A DNA stretch of 64,000 nucleotides from Octopus sinensis (lineage: Eukaryota). The stretch is from the NCBI RefSeq assembly GCF_006345805.1, contig NC_043022.1, positions 434,001-498,000 of the forward strand. The letters run 5' to 3'. Numbering within the stretch: position 1 is the first letter of the stretch; each line of letters begins with the position of its first letter. Positions 40,876 through 54,224 of this stretch are shown here, piece after piece. The notes below the pieces were generated by a model. That model did not search any database, was not told where the DNA came from, and saw only the letters and a program-made list of their open reading frames with translations. The translations under genes and the position numbers were made by a program.

Positions 40876-41433
40876 TATATATGCTCATGCAAACACAAAA
40901 ATACGCACACACATCTTTGAGTAAACCTGTTTTTGCATTTATGCTTATACATGCCCACTGATATATATATATGTGTGTGTGTATGTGTGTGTGTGTGTGT
41001 ACACTGATGCATACATGTGTGCATGTGCATGCGTATATATATAGAGAGAAATACACGAATGCATAAATATGTAAGTATGTATGTAGTAAGTACATGTACA
41101 TATATAGAAGCTGTTGCCTGCAGGCAGACGATGCATTTGTGCATGTACACACAAGGATATTAGTTTTAACGGAATTTGGTGGAGTAGAGCATGTAGCCAG
41201 GTTTATCTGTAAGCTGGAATATAAGCCTTCTGCACTTTTTGTGCCGACCAATAGACACAATATCAGACTATCGATGGAGTGTTCGACGGTTCTCATTCAG
41301 TTGATGCTTTTGTCGCAATTGGTATTTAACCCCAGCACAAACCTGGTTGAATAGAAGACTTGATGAACAAGGATGTTTCTGCTAATGCTGAATGGAAAAA
41401 ACTCGTGCGCAGTAACATCGCTCCGTCGAAATA

Positions 41434-41630
41434 CGGGTGGATGCTGAAAAGTTCCTAGCTTTAAGGGTATCGCGAAAGCATGTTGGGAGGCCCAACATTC
41501 CCAGTTCTTTTGACGGGGCTTAGAAAAACTGAAGGACCACAGCAATAAGTGTGTGAATCTGAGAGGGGAATATGTTGAATAGGATCATAATTCACTGATC
41601 CTCCCGCAACTTCTTTTACCGAAAGTACTT
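41434..41630 (+). mobile_element. mariner-derived MITE (right end eroded)
   Basis: TA-CGGGTGGATGCTGAAAAGTTCCTAGCTTT end. Internal ..EKLKDHSNKCVNLRGEYVE* matches a mariner C-terminus. Same family as 56492-56933. Confidence 0.8.
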
Positions 41631-42624
41631 TCTGGTACTCCTTCGTAAAATTCCATACAACAGCAGAAACTATTATGGTGACTGAACTCATAATGGATCG
41701 TGAGGACTGATTTGATATTTTCAATTTGATATTGAAGAAAACTAAATACCAGGACTTGATTGGCGAGTCTTAGTTCAAGGATGGCACGTAGCTTCGTTCG
41801 ATACTGAGATCGGTTGCTATGGTTACTGATTGACCGCCCGTAGTAGGTATGAATTATGCAATCTATTTAAGTTACATAGTGTTGGTGTGGTACACGAGGT
41901 TCTACTGCCACGGACACAAAGTTACTGCATAGAACACGGTGTTCCTGTTGTAGTTGTTGTGGTAAAACAGTGTTACGATATTAAACGTGATGTTACTGTA
42001 GCAGACAAAGTAGATATAATGTTACTGCGGCAGATATGGGTGGTATTGTAGTAGACATGGTGTTACTGTGGGGTGCACAGTTCGGCTGACAACCAGAAGG
42101 ACATAAAACTACAGCTCGGTCAGGAATGAGCTGAGGTATACCAGAGCAAGAACAAAAACATCAACAACAACAACAACTTACTCGTCTATTAATTTATAGC
42201 ATTAATTTCACTGGTCAGATTTATTCATCAACGCTAATGATGGTTTTATTTCATAAAAATAAATCTGACGGCATACTATAACATGCATGTTAGCAGCCAG
42301 TTTGCTATATGCTTTTCATGACAAAGGTGGCCCTGGGTGTTTCATAAAGTCATTATTTTAATTACCACATCTGTCAACGTTCATTTAGCCAAAATGTATA
42401 CATCTCTAACTTACCAAATATCTGCCCAATACAGCGAACGCTATACTTCACTGATGAGGGCCAATAAGACCAAAACACGTCCAGAGTTATCGCTACACCT
42501 TGATGATGACCAAAGAGAAGACGACTCACCTCCTAACCTTAATACATCAAACCATACCTCACTTCATCACCAGCACCAAACAACCATCATCACAAGCATT
42601 CGATATTCAATTAATTTTAAGTCG

Positions 42625-42830
42625 GCTAGCGGGTAGAATCGTTAGCACGCCGGACAAAATGCTAAGCGGCATTTCGTCCGTTTTTATTTTCTGAGTTCGA
42701 CTTCCGCTGAGTTCAACTTTGTCTTTCATCCTTTTGGAGTCGATAAAATAAGTACCAGATGAAATAAGTACCAGATGAAATCGACTTCTCACTCCCCACC
42801 CGAACTTATTCGTCTTGTGCTAAAATTTCA
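42625..42830 (+). mobile_element. family B SINE
   Basis: GTAGAATCGTTAGCACGCCGGACAAAATGC..TTTCATCCTTTTGGAGTCGATAAAATAAGTACCAG. Confidence 0.8.
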
Positions 42831-43897
42831 AACCAAGATTTAATTCATTTAGATTTCAGAGTTATCTCCCTTGATTCACTTGACAAAACCGTGTCATTAA
42901 ATCGAATGCATACCTTCATGTATCTCCAATTAGAGAGTAATTCTAATAAATTAAGTATTTCACCTCAGCATTACTATCCTGCTATGGCCTCGTTTCCATG
43001 TGTTCATGCTTATCATTTATTTATTTCCTTTCAGTTTTTTTATTTTTATTCGTCTCTATATTTTTTAACTTCACTCTCGTTGACGTCATCTCCTCCTCGC
43101 TTTCACTTCACGCTCCGAGAGACGTTATCTCCGATTAAAAACAGTACAAAACATGTCTTACACTCAGAAACCTTATCAAACATCGAACTCAATTCTACGA
43201 CATCCTTTATTTTATTTCACTTTCGTCATATACATGTATATATATCGTTCGTGGTTTCTGCTCCATTTTATTCATATTAATATATATATATTATATATTA
43301 TATAATATAATATATATATATATTATATATATATATATTATATATATAATAATATATATATATATATATATATATATTCTTGTTTATACATCTGTTTTCT
43401 GTATTTTTGTTTTGTTCTTTATATTTAATTGATTATTTGTCTATTTGGCATTGTTATCTCAGACTGGATGCCACTTGGAAAGAGCAATTTATGCTCCCAC
43501 TGTGCAGTCACATGAACCCACACATATACACACGTATATGTATGTATATATGTATGTATGTATGGTATGTATGTATGTATGTATGTATGTACGTACGTAC
43601 GTATGTATGTACGTATGTACGTATGTATGTATATATGTATGTATATATGTATGTGTGCGTGTGTGAGTGTGAATGTATGTATATATATATATATGTGCAT
43701 ATATGTATGCGTATCTGCGTGTGTACGCACATTCGCGCGCACACACACACACACACACTGTCATGCTTCCCATGTCGACATGTTCAGTGGGAATTAACAT
43801 GAAGCTCTCTTACTCGTGGCAACAAAAAGAAATAGGAAATAGATCGTAATGTCTGTCTATGGATGCCATCTTACCCACCTCCCTCTCTATGTACCTA

Positions 43898-43932
<35 letters not shown>

Positions 43933-43958
43933 CTATATATATATATATATATCTATAT

Positions 43959-44028
<70 letters not shown>

Positions 44029-44302
44029 TATATATATATAGTATGTATGTATGTATGTATGTACGTATATATATATATGGAGAGATGTGTATATTTGTGT
44101 ATGTATATGTATGCATATATGTACGTATATGTACGTATATGTATGTATATGTATATATAATGTGTGTGTGTGTGTATACATACATCATATATATATATAT
44201 ATAAAAAACACACACATATACATGCAGGGAGAGAGAGATTCGTACATATATGTGTATTTGTATCTATGTATGTGTTTGTGTGTGTGCGCGTGTATGTGTA
44301 TG

Positions 44303-44334
<32 letters not shown>

Positions 44335-45204
44335 CATACGCTCAACAAAAACAAAACATATTGAGTTAGTGGTAGCATGTTTAATGTGCCCTGTATTAAA
44401 TATCTAATTTTAACAAAATGGATGGTAGAGGAAATCTCGTTAATTGAATGTCTTTTATTATTTAGATTTGGTAAAAAGGGGAGACAACTTCACGTGCGTT
44501 TCGATCATAGGAGAGTTGATCTTTTTAGAGAAGCATGGACTTCATTAATCTTATCGAAGCAGTGACAACATAATTTGTAGGTAATTGGTTATTAGATAAA
44601 TTCGTTCGTTTTATTATTGTTTTTCATTTTCTATCTTTTTTGTTGTTGTTTTCCTACTTGACACTCCATCGTCAAATATCTGCAAAGAGGTAAAATTTAT
44701 TCAGATTTGAAAAACGTTAAATAAACATTGTAGAGGAAGATTAGAGCTGCATAAAAAAAAAGAAAAGAAAAAAACCCATAAAACACCTCGATAAATAAAT
44801 CTTTCGTGTTGATGGAAATAACATTGAGAAACATTAAATGAGGATAAAATGCAAAGGAATCTGACAAGTTGTAGAATATTTGACATTAGTTTTTATTCCG
44901 CCGAGGAGGACAAATGACCTGAGTAGTCTGAAGTTGTCTCCCCTAATTACTGAAATTATTCAAATAATATTAATATTTAAATAATATTGTATTTTCTTCA
45001 TCACATGAGTAATTATAATTGGAGTTTCGAAGCTCAGACATTAAATGTGTCAACGCTGACTTACCTGTTGCTTTTCATGCAGATGACCTGTCTGGGTAAT
45101 TAAATTCGGTGATTTATTTTTATTTTTCTCTTTTGAGTAAAAAAATGTTTAAAATATAGCATCATAACGTTTTCTTTATCCATCATCGAGTATGTATGAA
45201 TGAA

Positions 45205-45274
<70 letters not shown>

Positions 45275-46224
45275 TGTGTGTATCTTCTACCTTTTATTTG
45301 GCTTCAGAAGTTGAGATACTTTGAGACTTTCCCATCCCTATTAACTTTAAAAAGGGCTGTGAGAACGCTTCGACGCCTGCGCACGAACGACTTCATACTT
45401 AAATCGTTTCTAACAACCTGCACCACTTACACCAGTCATTTTCAACCCCCTTTTCCCTGTGAACCCTTTTGATTCCTATTTTACTCTACTGGATCCTCAT
45501 AGCTATTTGATGGATATAAAAAAAAAAGTCCTGCTGTATTTTTATAATTAGATATTATTTGGAATTGCATGGAAAAAGTTTTTTAATATTTTGTGTGTTG
45601 TAGACGTGTAACCAGTTTATTGCACGTAAATTTTAACAACAAAATTTTATGTGTGACCCCTAATGGTCATATGAACACTCCGGCTGAGAACCTCTGGTTT
45701 GCATTAGCGTCTTGTATAAGCTTGTTCATACATGTGGTTTGACTTGCTGTCACAGATAATTAGAAACAAGCCATAAAGGTGCGGGTATGTTCCTGGTCCC
45801 TGCGGGTATGTTCCTGGTCGCTGCGGGTACTGTATATGAGGAACTGCGAAAAACAAAGTACTGGGGGCTTTTTAAAAACGTATTGGGATCGATTCATTCG
45901 ACTAAACATTCTTCAAGGTGGTGCCCCAGCATGGCCACAGGCACCCCAGACTAATGAATCTAACAAGAATTTGAGGCTCTTGTATCTACCAAGTCATCAA
46001 TCGCAAAATCTTCATCAATGACATAACCGTTGATGTCTAAGTCATCTTCGAAGCAGATTTTAAGATAAACACATTTGGTTATTTGAAATGTGAACATTCA
46101 CGATAAAGTTCTGATGTCACGGTTTATATAACATTATCGTCTAACTGAAGTCCTGGCCGTCCAAAACTTCCACCAACCAACGGTTCAAAGCATCTGCAGG
46201 GTTATTTGAATGTTCAACTCTCGT

Positions 46225-46440
46225 TTATCCACAATGAAGTCCGGCTGTTTTGCTCACCAAATCTGACTTCACGTGACTTTTGATTGTGAAGCGTCATTAA
46301 GGACAAGTCCAGTGCAACACACCACTAAAGTATTGTTTCGCTGTCATAAAGACTGCGGAAGAGACTCAGGCTTATCCATGTCGATGAGAGCAAGAGGGCA
46401 TGCTCAGACATGCGAGTCCCTCTTGAACTCATTATAACTG
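46225..46440 (+). mobile_element. decayed Tc1/mariner transposase C-terminal fragment
   Basis: ..SPNLTSRDF..IKDK resembles the SPDLxPxDF.LWG.LKDKV motif. Confidence 0.4.
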
Positions 46441-46753
46441 CTAATGGTGAATATATTGACCTTTGACACACAAAATTGCATGCTTCTATCTTTTAATTTA
46501 CCTTAGTTTTTTTAGTTACACTGTTTGGAAAAACTCAACACAGTTTCAGTTTAGTTGCCTATGTATGTGTGCACGTATGTATGCATTTGTGTATATATAT
46601 GTATGTATGAATGTATATATATATATGCATATGCTTATATATAAGTGTGTGTGTCTGTGTGTTTGTATATATATGTATATATATATATATATATATCGAT
46701 ATCTATCTACCTATATATGTGTATATATATATGTGTGTGTGTGTATGTGTGTG

Positions 46754-46820
<67 letters not shown>

Positions 46821-47014
46821 AAAGGCAAAGTCGACCTCGGCAGAATTTTACCACCATCTTTCTGGCTTGTTTCTAACTATTTGTGACACCAAGTCGAATC
46901 ACAACATTTTTCCAGGCATGCTAACATGTGTGTATGTATACATGTATGCATGTATGTATACATGTATGCATGTATGTATATATGTATTTATGTATGTATG
47001 TATGTATTTATGCA

Positions 47015-47270
47015 CAGGGTGTCCATAAATTACCTTTACGATTTAAATATTTCAGAAAAAAAATGAAAGATAAGGATAACTCAGCTGAGTTTATTTGGAC
47101 AACATAGGCAAAGAAATAAAGTTTTGTTAGAAACATCGGATCACTTCCAGGTGGACTCCTTTGGTTGCACGCGACCAATGAGATTGTGGAAGTTGTAAAG
47201 ATAATCAGTTGAACGAAGATGTCTGCTGTGTCGGTTTTAATCAATCTGCAATTTCTGAGAGTCAGCACGA
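47015..47270 (-). mobile_element. 3' end of a Tc1/mariner element
   Basis: CAGGGTGTCC terminus at 47015; the minus strand encodes RATKGVHLEVI (cf. RxTxGAHIEHL C-terminus). Confidence 0.45.
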
Positions 47271-47319
47271 AACCGTTGGTACAGCATTACTACCAATCAC
47301 TCTGTTAACAGAAAATATG

Positions 47320-47359
<40 letters not shown>

Positions 47360-47489
47360 CACACACATATACATGTATACATGTATAAATGTGTGTACGT
47401 GTTTGTGAGTGTATACATATGCATATTACATATGTAAGTATACAGATGTGTATGTATGTGTGTGTATCGAGTCAACACGCCTATGAAGT

Positions 47490-47520
<31 letters not shown>

Positions 47521-47619
47521 CTTTATTTAAAAACAGCAGAAAATTCAACAAAACCTGTTACTCTTAGTTTCACTCAGAGTAACAGGTTTTGTTGAATTTT
47601 CTGCTGTTTTTTAATAAAG
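47521..47619. other. 99-bp hairpin (44-bp arms, 11-nt spacer)
   Basis: CTTTATTTAAAAACAGCAGAAAATTCAACAAAACCTGTTACTCT / AGAGTAACAGGTTTTGTTGAATTTTCTGCTGTTTTTTAATAAAG, one mismatch. Confidence 0.92.
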
Positions 47620-47749
47620 CATATTACTCTACCCCTGGTATTTGAGTACTCTTTTTTCCACCTTGTTTCACATTTATGTGTTTACTCCAGTAAGTATAAA
47701 TATATATATATATATATATATATAGATTGCGTTTCACGTTTGTTTTTAA

Positions 47750-47985
47750 CGTCGATTGTTTCAAATAACGATGTCCGACGGGGAAAACGGGCTTCAAAAT
47801 TTGGTACAAGGCCACTAATTATTGAGAGGTGAGGTAAGACGATTACATCAACCCGAGTGCTCTTGTTTTTATTGACCCCAAAAGAATGATATGTAAAGTC
47901 GACCTCGGCAGAATTTGAACTCAGAACGGATGAGATACGACAATGCATTTTTCCCGGCATGCTAACGATTCTGCCATCTGACCGC
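47750..47985 (-). mobile_element. family B SINE
   Basis: Reverse complement of head and body (GTCGACCTCGGCAGAATTTGAACTCAGAAC..CTAACGATTCTGCC). Confidence 0.8.
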
Positions 47986-48234
47986 CTTAAAAAGCATTTA
48001 TAACAATAATCTTATTTAATTTCATTTTGTTGTATAGTAGCGGGACCCGTGAATATTTCACGGAATTTATGGTAAACTTATTGGATTATTTCTGAAAATT
48101 TGATCCCCAAAACCTGAAAGCGTAACCTGTGTTGTTTCTTTATGGAAAACTTAGTTCAATTTAAAAACAAATACACTTTTCATTTTCCAATCACCACCAC
48201 CACCAACATTATCATCTCCCTCTCCCCTCTCTCC

Positions 48235-48269
<35 letters not shown>

Positions 48270-48796
48270 ATCTGTCCCTCTCTCTTTCTCTCTGCCTTTC
48301 TTTAACCTCACCATCATAACATCCCGCCTCAGCTAAAATTATATTTTTAGCTTTACTCCTCTGCCTTCAACTAACTTTTTAAACCACGTAATAAATATTA
48401 CGTTCCCCTTACCTCACCTCATGGACGCTTCTCTCTCCTTCTTTTTCTCCCTCTTTCTGACTCACTCTTCGCTTTATCCCCTTTTTCTCTCTTCTTTTTC
48501 TTTGTCCTCTCTTTCCCTTCAAATGATCACTTGAAAGCCTTACAATTACACTTCTCTCTCTCTCTCTCCCCCTTCTTTCTCCCTCTTTTTCTCTAATCAC
48601 GTGAAAGCGTTACCGACGGGCTAACTGACGTAATGACAAGCAGAATTATTATAAGATGTATTATTACATGTATTGTATTTTATTACATGTCAGTAAATGT
48701 GGAATAAAATAAAAGAAAATATTCGTTTACGGAAACGATCGTAGCATTAATTTGAATTTCAATTTTCCTTATTTTAATTATGTATATATATATAAA

Positions 48797-49190
48797 GGCG
48801 CGGGAGTGGCTGTTTTGTAAAAAGTTTGCTTGCCAAACACGTGGTTTCGGGTTCAGTCCCCAATACAATAGCCACGGGCCGTTTAAAGCCTTGTGAGGGG
48901 ATTTTCTAGACGAAAATTGAAAGAAACTCATCGTATATGTCTGTGTTTGTGTGTGTGTGTGTGAGTGTGTGTGTATGGGTGTGTGTGTCTTTGGGTCTGT
49001 GTTTGTTCTGACCACCGCTTGACAACCGGTGGTGGAGTGATTAAGGCCTTGTAACTTGGCAGTTCGGCGAAAGGGACCGATAGAATAAGTTCCAGGTTTT
49101 AAAGAAATAAGTCCTGAGGTCGATTCATTCGAGGAAAATTCCTTAAGGCGGAGCCCCAGCATGGCCGCAGTCTGATGAAATAAGCAAGAA
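48797..49190 (+). mobile_element. family A SINE, full length, diverged
   Basis: GGCGCGGGAGTGGCTG head through CAGCATGGCCGCAGTCTGATGAAA tail. Confidence 0.85.
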
Positions 49191-49294
49191 AGACATACAT
49201 ACATACATACATACATAGACAGATAGACAAACAAAAATATAGATAGATAGATTGACAGACAGACAGACAGACAGATAGACAGGTAGACAGATAG

Positions 49295-49370
<76 letters not shown>

Positions 49371-49412
49371 TGACAGACAGACAGACAGACAGATAGACAG
49401 ATAGACAGATAG

Positions 49413-49470
<58 letters not shown>

Positions 49471-49669
49471 GTAAATAGATAGATAGACAGACAGATAGAT
49501 AGTGTGGTGGGTGTCCAATCTCCTGCTTGTGAAGCCGTAGAGATGACATCATAAAATGCGACGTGTGTCGGCCATGTTTAAAATCCGACGGAGCCTATTG
49601 CTGTCCATGGTTTTGCACAACTGATTTCTTCTGGAGCAAGCGTGTGAAAGAGAGAAAGACGTGTGAATA

Positions 49670-49733
<64 letters not shown>

Positions 49734-50239
49734 TGTGGTGGGTGTGGAGTTGCCAGTAAACCAGTGTCTCAAACAAAATAGATACCTAGCCGTCTTTCGT
49801 CTCTACAACTTTCGCAAACATACTCTCACCCTTGCCATCTTCCTTGCCATCGAAGAAGCAGTGAACCATTGATACATGTTCGCTCGATAAAACCCCACCC
49901 CGCGTATCCAGCGTATAATATCATCGTTAAACGCCTGATGAATAAGCAGAGCTATAAAGTGCATGCGGTTTAAGATAAGAAAGAAGTTGATTTCGGCGCT
50001 AATCACGATATAGATTTAACTGAACAATGAAATTAGCTTGTCTAAATTGGGCGTATCTATCAGATTTGATAATCCCTTGCCTAGTGTTTAATCTGGCTTT
50101 GTCCTTCATCCTTATTAATCCAATGATGTCATTCCGATTCTATCTAATCCTGACTTAGATTATCAGCTTTTTATTTAATCAACTTATGGCTTTGTTAATT
50201 TCACCGTTTTCTGCATCTTACTATCAGTAATTATAAAAG

Positions 50240-51580
50240 TGTGAGTGTGTGTGTGTGTGTGTGGTGTGTGTGTGTGTGCATGTGTGTGTGTGTATAGTTG
50301 ACTTTGCGTGTATGTGTGTTTGACTTGTGTGTGTGATTATGTGTGCGTTTGTGTATATGTCACTATATGCGTGTGTGATTGTATGTATGTGATGGTATGC
50401 CTGTGTCACTGTCTGCAAGTGTATGTAAATTTGCCTTTGTATGAGTGTGTTTCATCCTATGTGTGTGTGTGTGTGCGTTAGTATGCATGTATGTGTGTGT
50501 GTGTGTATGTTTATGCGGATCAATATGTGCGTGTTTCATTGTATGTGCGTAGATTTGCCTTTGTGTATATGTATATTTTATTTTGTGTGTGACTTACTCT
50601 ATGTGTATGTGTGCATGTGTGTATCATTAAGTGTATGTGAATGAGATCGTCTGAACGTGTATGTGTGTCTGTGTGCGTCACTATATACGTATGTGACTGT
50701 GTGTGTGTGTGTGTGACTAAGCACGCGTATGTGTGTTTGCGTGCTTCACTATATGCGTGTGCGACTTTACAAGTGTGTGCGTGTGCGTATTTGATTTTGT
50801 GCGTGTGTGTATAGGTGTGTTTGTGTGTGCAACTATGTGCGTGTGCGTTGGACCTTTTGTGTGACATCATGTCATATTGCATGTGGGTGAGTGCGCGCAC
50901 GTTCGTGCATGTATGTGTGTATGCGTGTGTGTGTGTGCATGAGGGCTGCAAGTTGGCGGAGCTGGTGGTGGCAGTGACGGCGGTGGTGGTGGGGGTTGGG
51001 GGTGGAGGTAGTGGTGGTAGTGACGGCGGTGGTGGAGGTGGATGTGGTGGTGGTGGCAGTGACGGCGGTGGTGGAGGTGGATGTGGTGGTGGTGGCAGTG
51101 ACGGCGGTGGTGGAGGTGGTGGTGTAGCAATGTGGTGTGGGGAATGAAGCGTGTCTTTCTATCTGAGCTTGCTCGTGTCATAGTGTATGTACGTATGTAT
51201 GTGTATGTATGTTTGTGCGTCTCTGTGTCGCTTCGTGTGTATGTGTGTGCGTGTGTGCCGATCTATCGATGTGTGTGTGTGCAAGTGTGTACGAGTATTT
51301 AACTGTGTATGCGTGCGTTGGTATGTTCTGCCTGTGTTTCGGTATGCGTCTACGTGTCAACGCCGCTGTGTGTGTATATATCATTATGTGAGTGTGTGTA
51401 TGCACACACACACAGACACATGCGCATATGTCATGCGCATGTGCGTTAGTGTCGACTTTAGTGCATACGTATGTGTCAGTGTTGTATATGTGCGTACCTG
51501 TGTGCGCATGTGCGTATGTGCGCGTGCGCTCGTGTGTGTGTGTGTGTGTGGTGTCAGTGTCTGTGTGTCAGTGTGTCTGT
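50240..51580. repeat. degenerate (GT)-rich tract with an embedded 39-bp GGT-based minisatellite (50975-51122)
   Basis: Unit GACGGCGGTGGTGGAGGTGGATGTGGTGGTGGTGGCAGT repeated about 3 times within TG-rich sequence. Confidence 0.85.
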
Positions 51581-51714
51581 ATTACAATGACAGTATATTG
51601 AAGCATATGTAATTGCTAAAATCACGTTTCCTCTGACTGAAAGCTATTTAGTCACAAGGAGTAGTAGTAGTAGCAGCAGCAGCAGTAGTAGTAGTCCTTT
51701 CTACTACTACTGAA

Positions 51715-51900
51715 ATTTTGGGAGTTGAGGGTTAGCCGGTTTTATCGACCCCCACTACTTGACCGGCACTTAGTTTATCGACCCCGAAAGTGTTGAAAGG
51801 GCCAAGTCGACCTCGGTGGAATTTGAACTCAGAGCGTAAAGACGGACAAAATGTCACTGAGTAATTTTTCCGGCTCGATGATTCTGCCAACTCCGTCTTA
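51715..51900 (-). mobile_element. family B SINE
   Basis: GTCGACCTCGGTGGAATTTGAACTCAGAGCGTAAAGACGGAC..GATTCTGCCAACTCC. Confidence 0.8.
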
Positions 51901-52100
51901 ATAGTAATGAGAATGGTTTAAACCTCTGGCACAAGGCCAGCAATTTAGTGGGGGGGGGGTAAGGTCGATTACTTCGACTCCAGTGATACTGATCAATAAT
52001 TATTTATCGATAAAAGGCAAAAATCGACCTCCACCAGTGTCACTTTGATGACATGCATGCTCCTCATCAATAATTAATAATAATAATAATAATGATAATA

Positions 52101-52154
<54 letters not shown>

Positions 52155-52174
52155 TAATAATAATTTCTTTTATA

Positions 52175-52305
52175 TCTTTTACTTGTTTTAGTCATTTGAC
52201 TGTGGCCATGCTGGAGCACCGCCTTTAATCGAGCAAATCGATCCCAGGACTTATTCTTTGTAAGCCTAGTACTTATTATATCGGTCTTTTTTGCCGAACC
52301 GCTAA
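52175..52305 (-). mobile_element. family A SINE 3' fragment
   Basis: TTTTACTTGTTTTAGTCATTTGACTGTGGCCATGCTGGAGCACCGCC. Confidence 0.8.
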
Positions 52306-52472
52306 GGCTGTCCACAAATCTTTACAAATGCTAATACGTAGAGAGTAAAACAATGCTTGATTGTATAGATATATTCTATGGCATTCTGAGCTAGTACTGA
52401 AAGTTACGACGTTTTGTATACAAGTATGTTAGTGTAAACAATGCGATCGGAGACAGGAAAAAGTAGGTAATG

Positions 52473-52517
52473 GGTGTATATGGATATTTCAAGAATCATT
52501 GCTCTTTCATCAGCACC
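52473..52517 (-). ncRNA. minimal type-I hammerhead ribozyme motif
   Basis: Minus strand GGUG-CUGAUGA-AAGAG caauga UUCUU-GAAA-UAU cc AUA-UA-CACC. Catalytic core intact; stems I, II and III all pair. Confidence 0.7.
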
Positions 52518-52729
52518 AAATCCAACCCATCAACTATCCACGACTACATTGCTTAGTCACGCCACTAAGTTCAGCGGTGTAACTTTATTGAATAGACCAA
52601 TTTACATATTAAACGTGTTTCTAACACCTGGTACGTAAATATGAATTACTATCAAGGACAAACTATTTCGTTTTTGCAACCATAATATTATAGTTGCAAA
52701 ACGAAATACTTTATCCTTGCTAACAATTG

Positions 52730-52785
<56 letters not shown>

Positions 52786-52965
52786 ACACAAACTGGGACA
52801 AGAACACAAAACATTTAGAAGACGATACAAAAAACGAACGGGACATTCGAGGCCTTCGATCTTCAGTCAAGAACCGGATCATCTTCGCAATTTCGGCTGA
52901 TTAATCTTGAGATTGCTCCGACCTGGCCAAGCGCATTAGATTCCTTGGAAGAAAGCCTCGAATGT

Positions 52966-53007
<42 letters not shown>

Positions 53008-53219
53008 TAGATAGATAAATAGACAGATAGATAGATAGATAGATAGATAGATATAAATAAATAAATATATATATACATATATATACATATATATATATAC
53101 ATATATATATATATACATATATATACATATACATATACATCCATACATATATAGTATATATCACATATATATACATATGTATACAACATATACACATATA
53201 TATACATACATATATATAT

Positions 53220-53263
<44 letters not shown>

Positions 53264-53300
53264 TATATATATATATATATATACATATATAAAATATATA

Positions 53301-53586
53301 TCACCGTGACCGACCCGGCTATCAGATGTGCTACACATCGCTGGTCACAATGCGCTTCGCATTGTTTTAGCCTTCAAATGACGCCACCCGGCTGGCTAAG
53401 CGAGCAGGCCAACAGAAGAAAGTTGTGGCGAAAAAATACAGCAGGGATCGCCACCACCTCCTGCTGGAGCCTCGTGGAACTGCAGCTGTTTCCGCTCAAT
53501 AAACACTCACAACGCCCGGTCTGAGAATCGAAACCGCGATCCTACGAGCGCGAGTCCGCTGCCCTAACCACTGGGCCACTGCGCCT

Positions 53587-53588
<2 letters not shown>
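53301..53588 (-). mobile_element. family C SINE
   Basis: Near-identical to 11261-11550; head GGAGGCGCAGTGGCCCAGTGGTTAGGGCAGCGGACTCGC. Confidence 0.88.
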
Positions 53589-53631
<43 letters not shown>

Positions 53632-53643
53632 CACTCCGGGTAT

Positions 53644-53690
53644 ATGGTACTGATGAGCGGAAATGACAGTGAAATATCGATATCCACCGT
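53644..53690 (+). ncRNA. minimal type-I hammerhead ribozyme motif (palindromic stem III)
   Basis: AUGGUA-CUGAUGA-GC ggaaaugaca GU-GAAA-UAUCGAUA-UC-CACCGU. Core intact, stem II weak, A.C mismatch at the first stem I pair. Confidence 0.6.
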
Positions 53691-53999
53691 CGTCGTTCAT
53701 CTGCGGGTCAATTCGCTTCGTCTTGTTTGAGATGATCAGCGTTCATATTAGCACTCGACATCTTAAAGGAACTTGTCAAATCTCGCAGCTAATAACCGTA
53801 TAAACACAACACACATTAAGTACGTGACATCCGTAATGTGTGTGTGTGCGCGCCCGCGTTTGTGTGTGTGTGTGTATAAATACCTGTACATATATATGTG
53901 TGTGTATGTTTGTATATAAGTATAGAAATATCTATAAGTGTGTGCATGGCATGCATATATATGTGTGTGTGTGTGTAGATATGTATGTATATACACAAC

Positions 54000-54040
<41 letters not shown>

Positions 54041-54178
54041 GAGATAGATAGATGTATATGTGCATTGAAACACACACACATACATACACGCACACACCTT
54101 TCAAAGCTAAACGATTGCTAACTCGTTACAAATGCTAATACGTAGAGATAAAAAAATGCTTGTATATATAGATATATG

Positions 54179-54224
<46 letters not shown>

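Noticed and set aside
50940-51125. Glycine-rich structural protein exon (GGGGSDGGGGGGC repeats)
   Set aside because: Embedded in GT-rich simple sequence with no convincing splice sites or non-repetitive coding flank.
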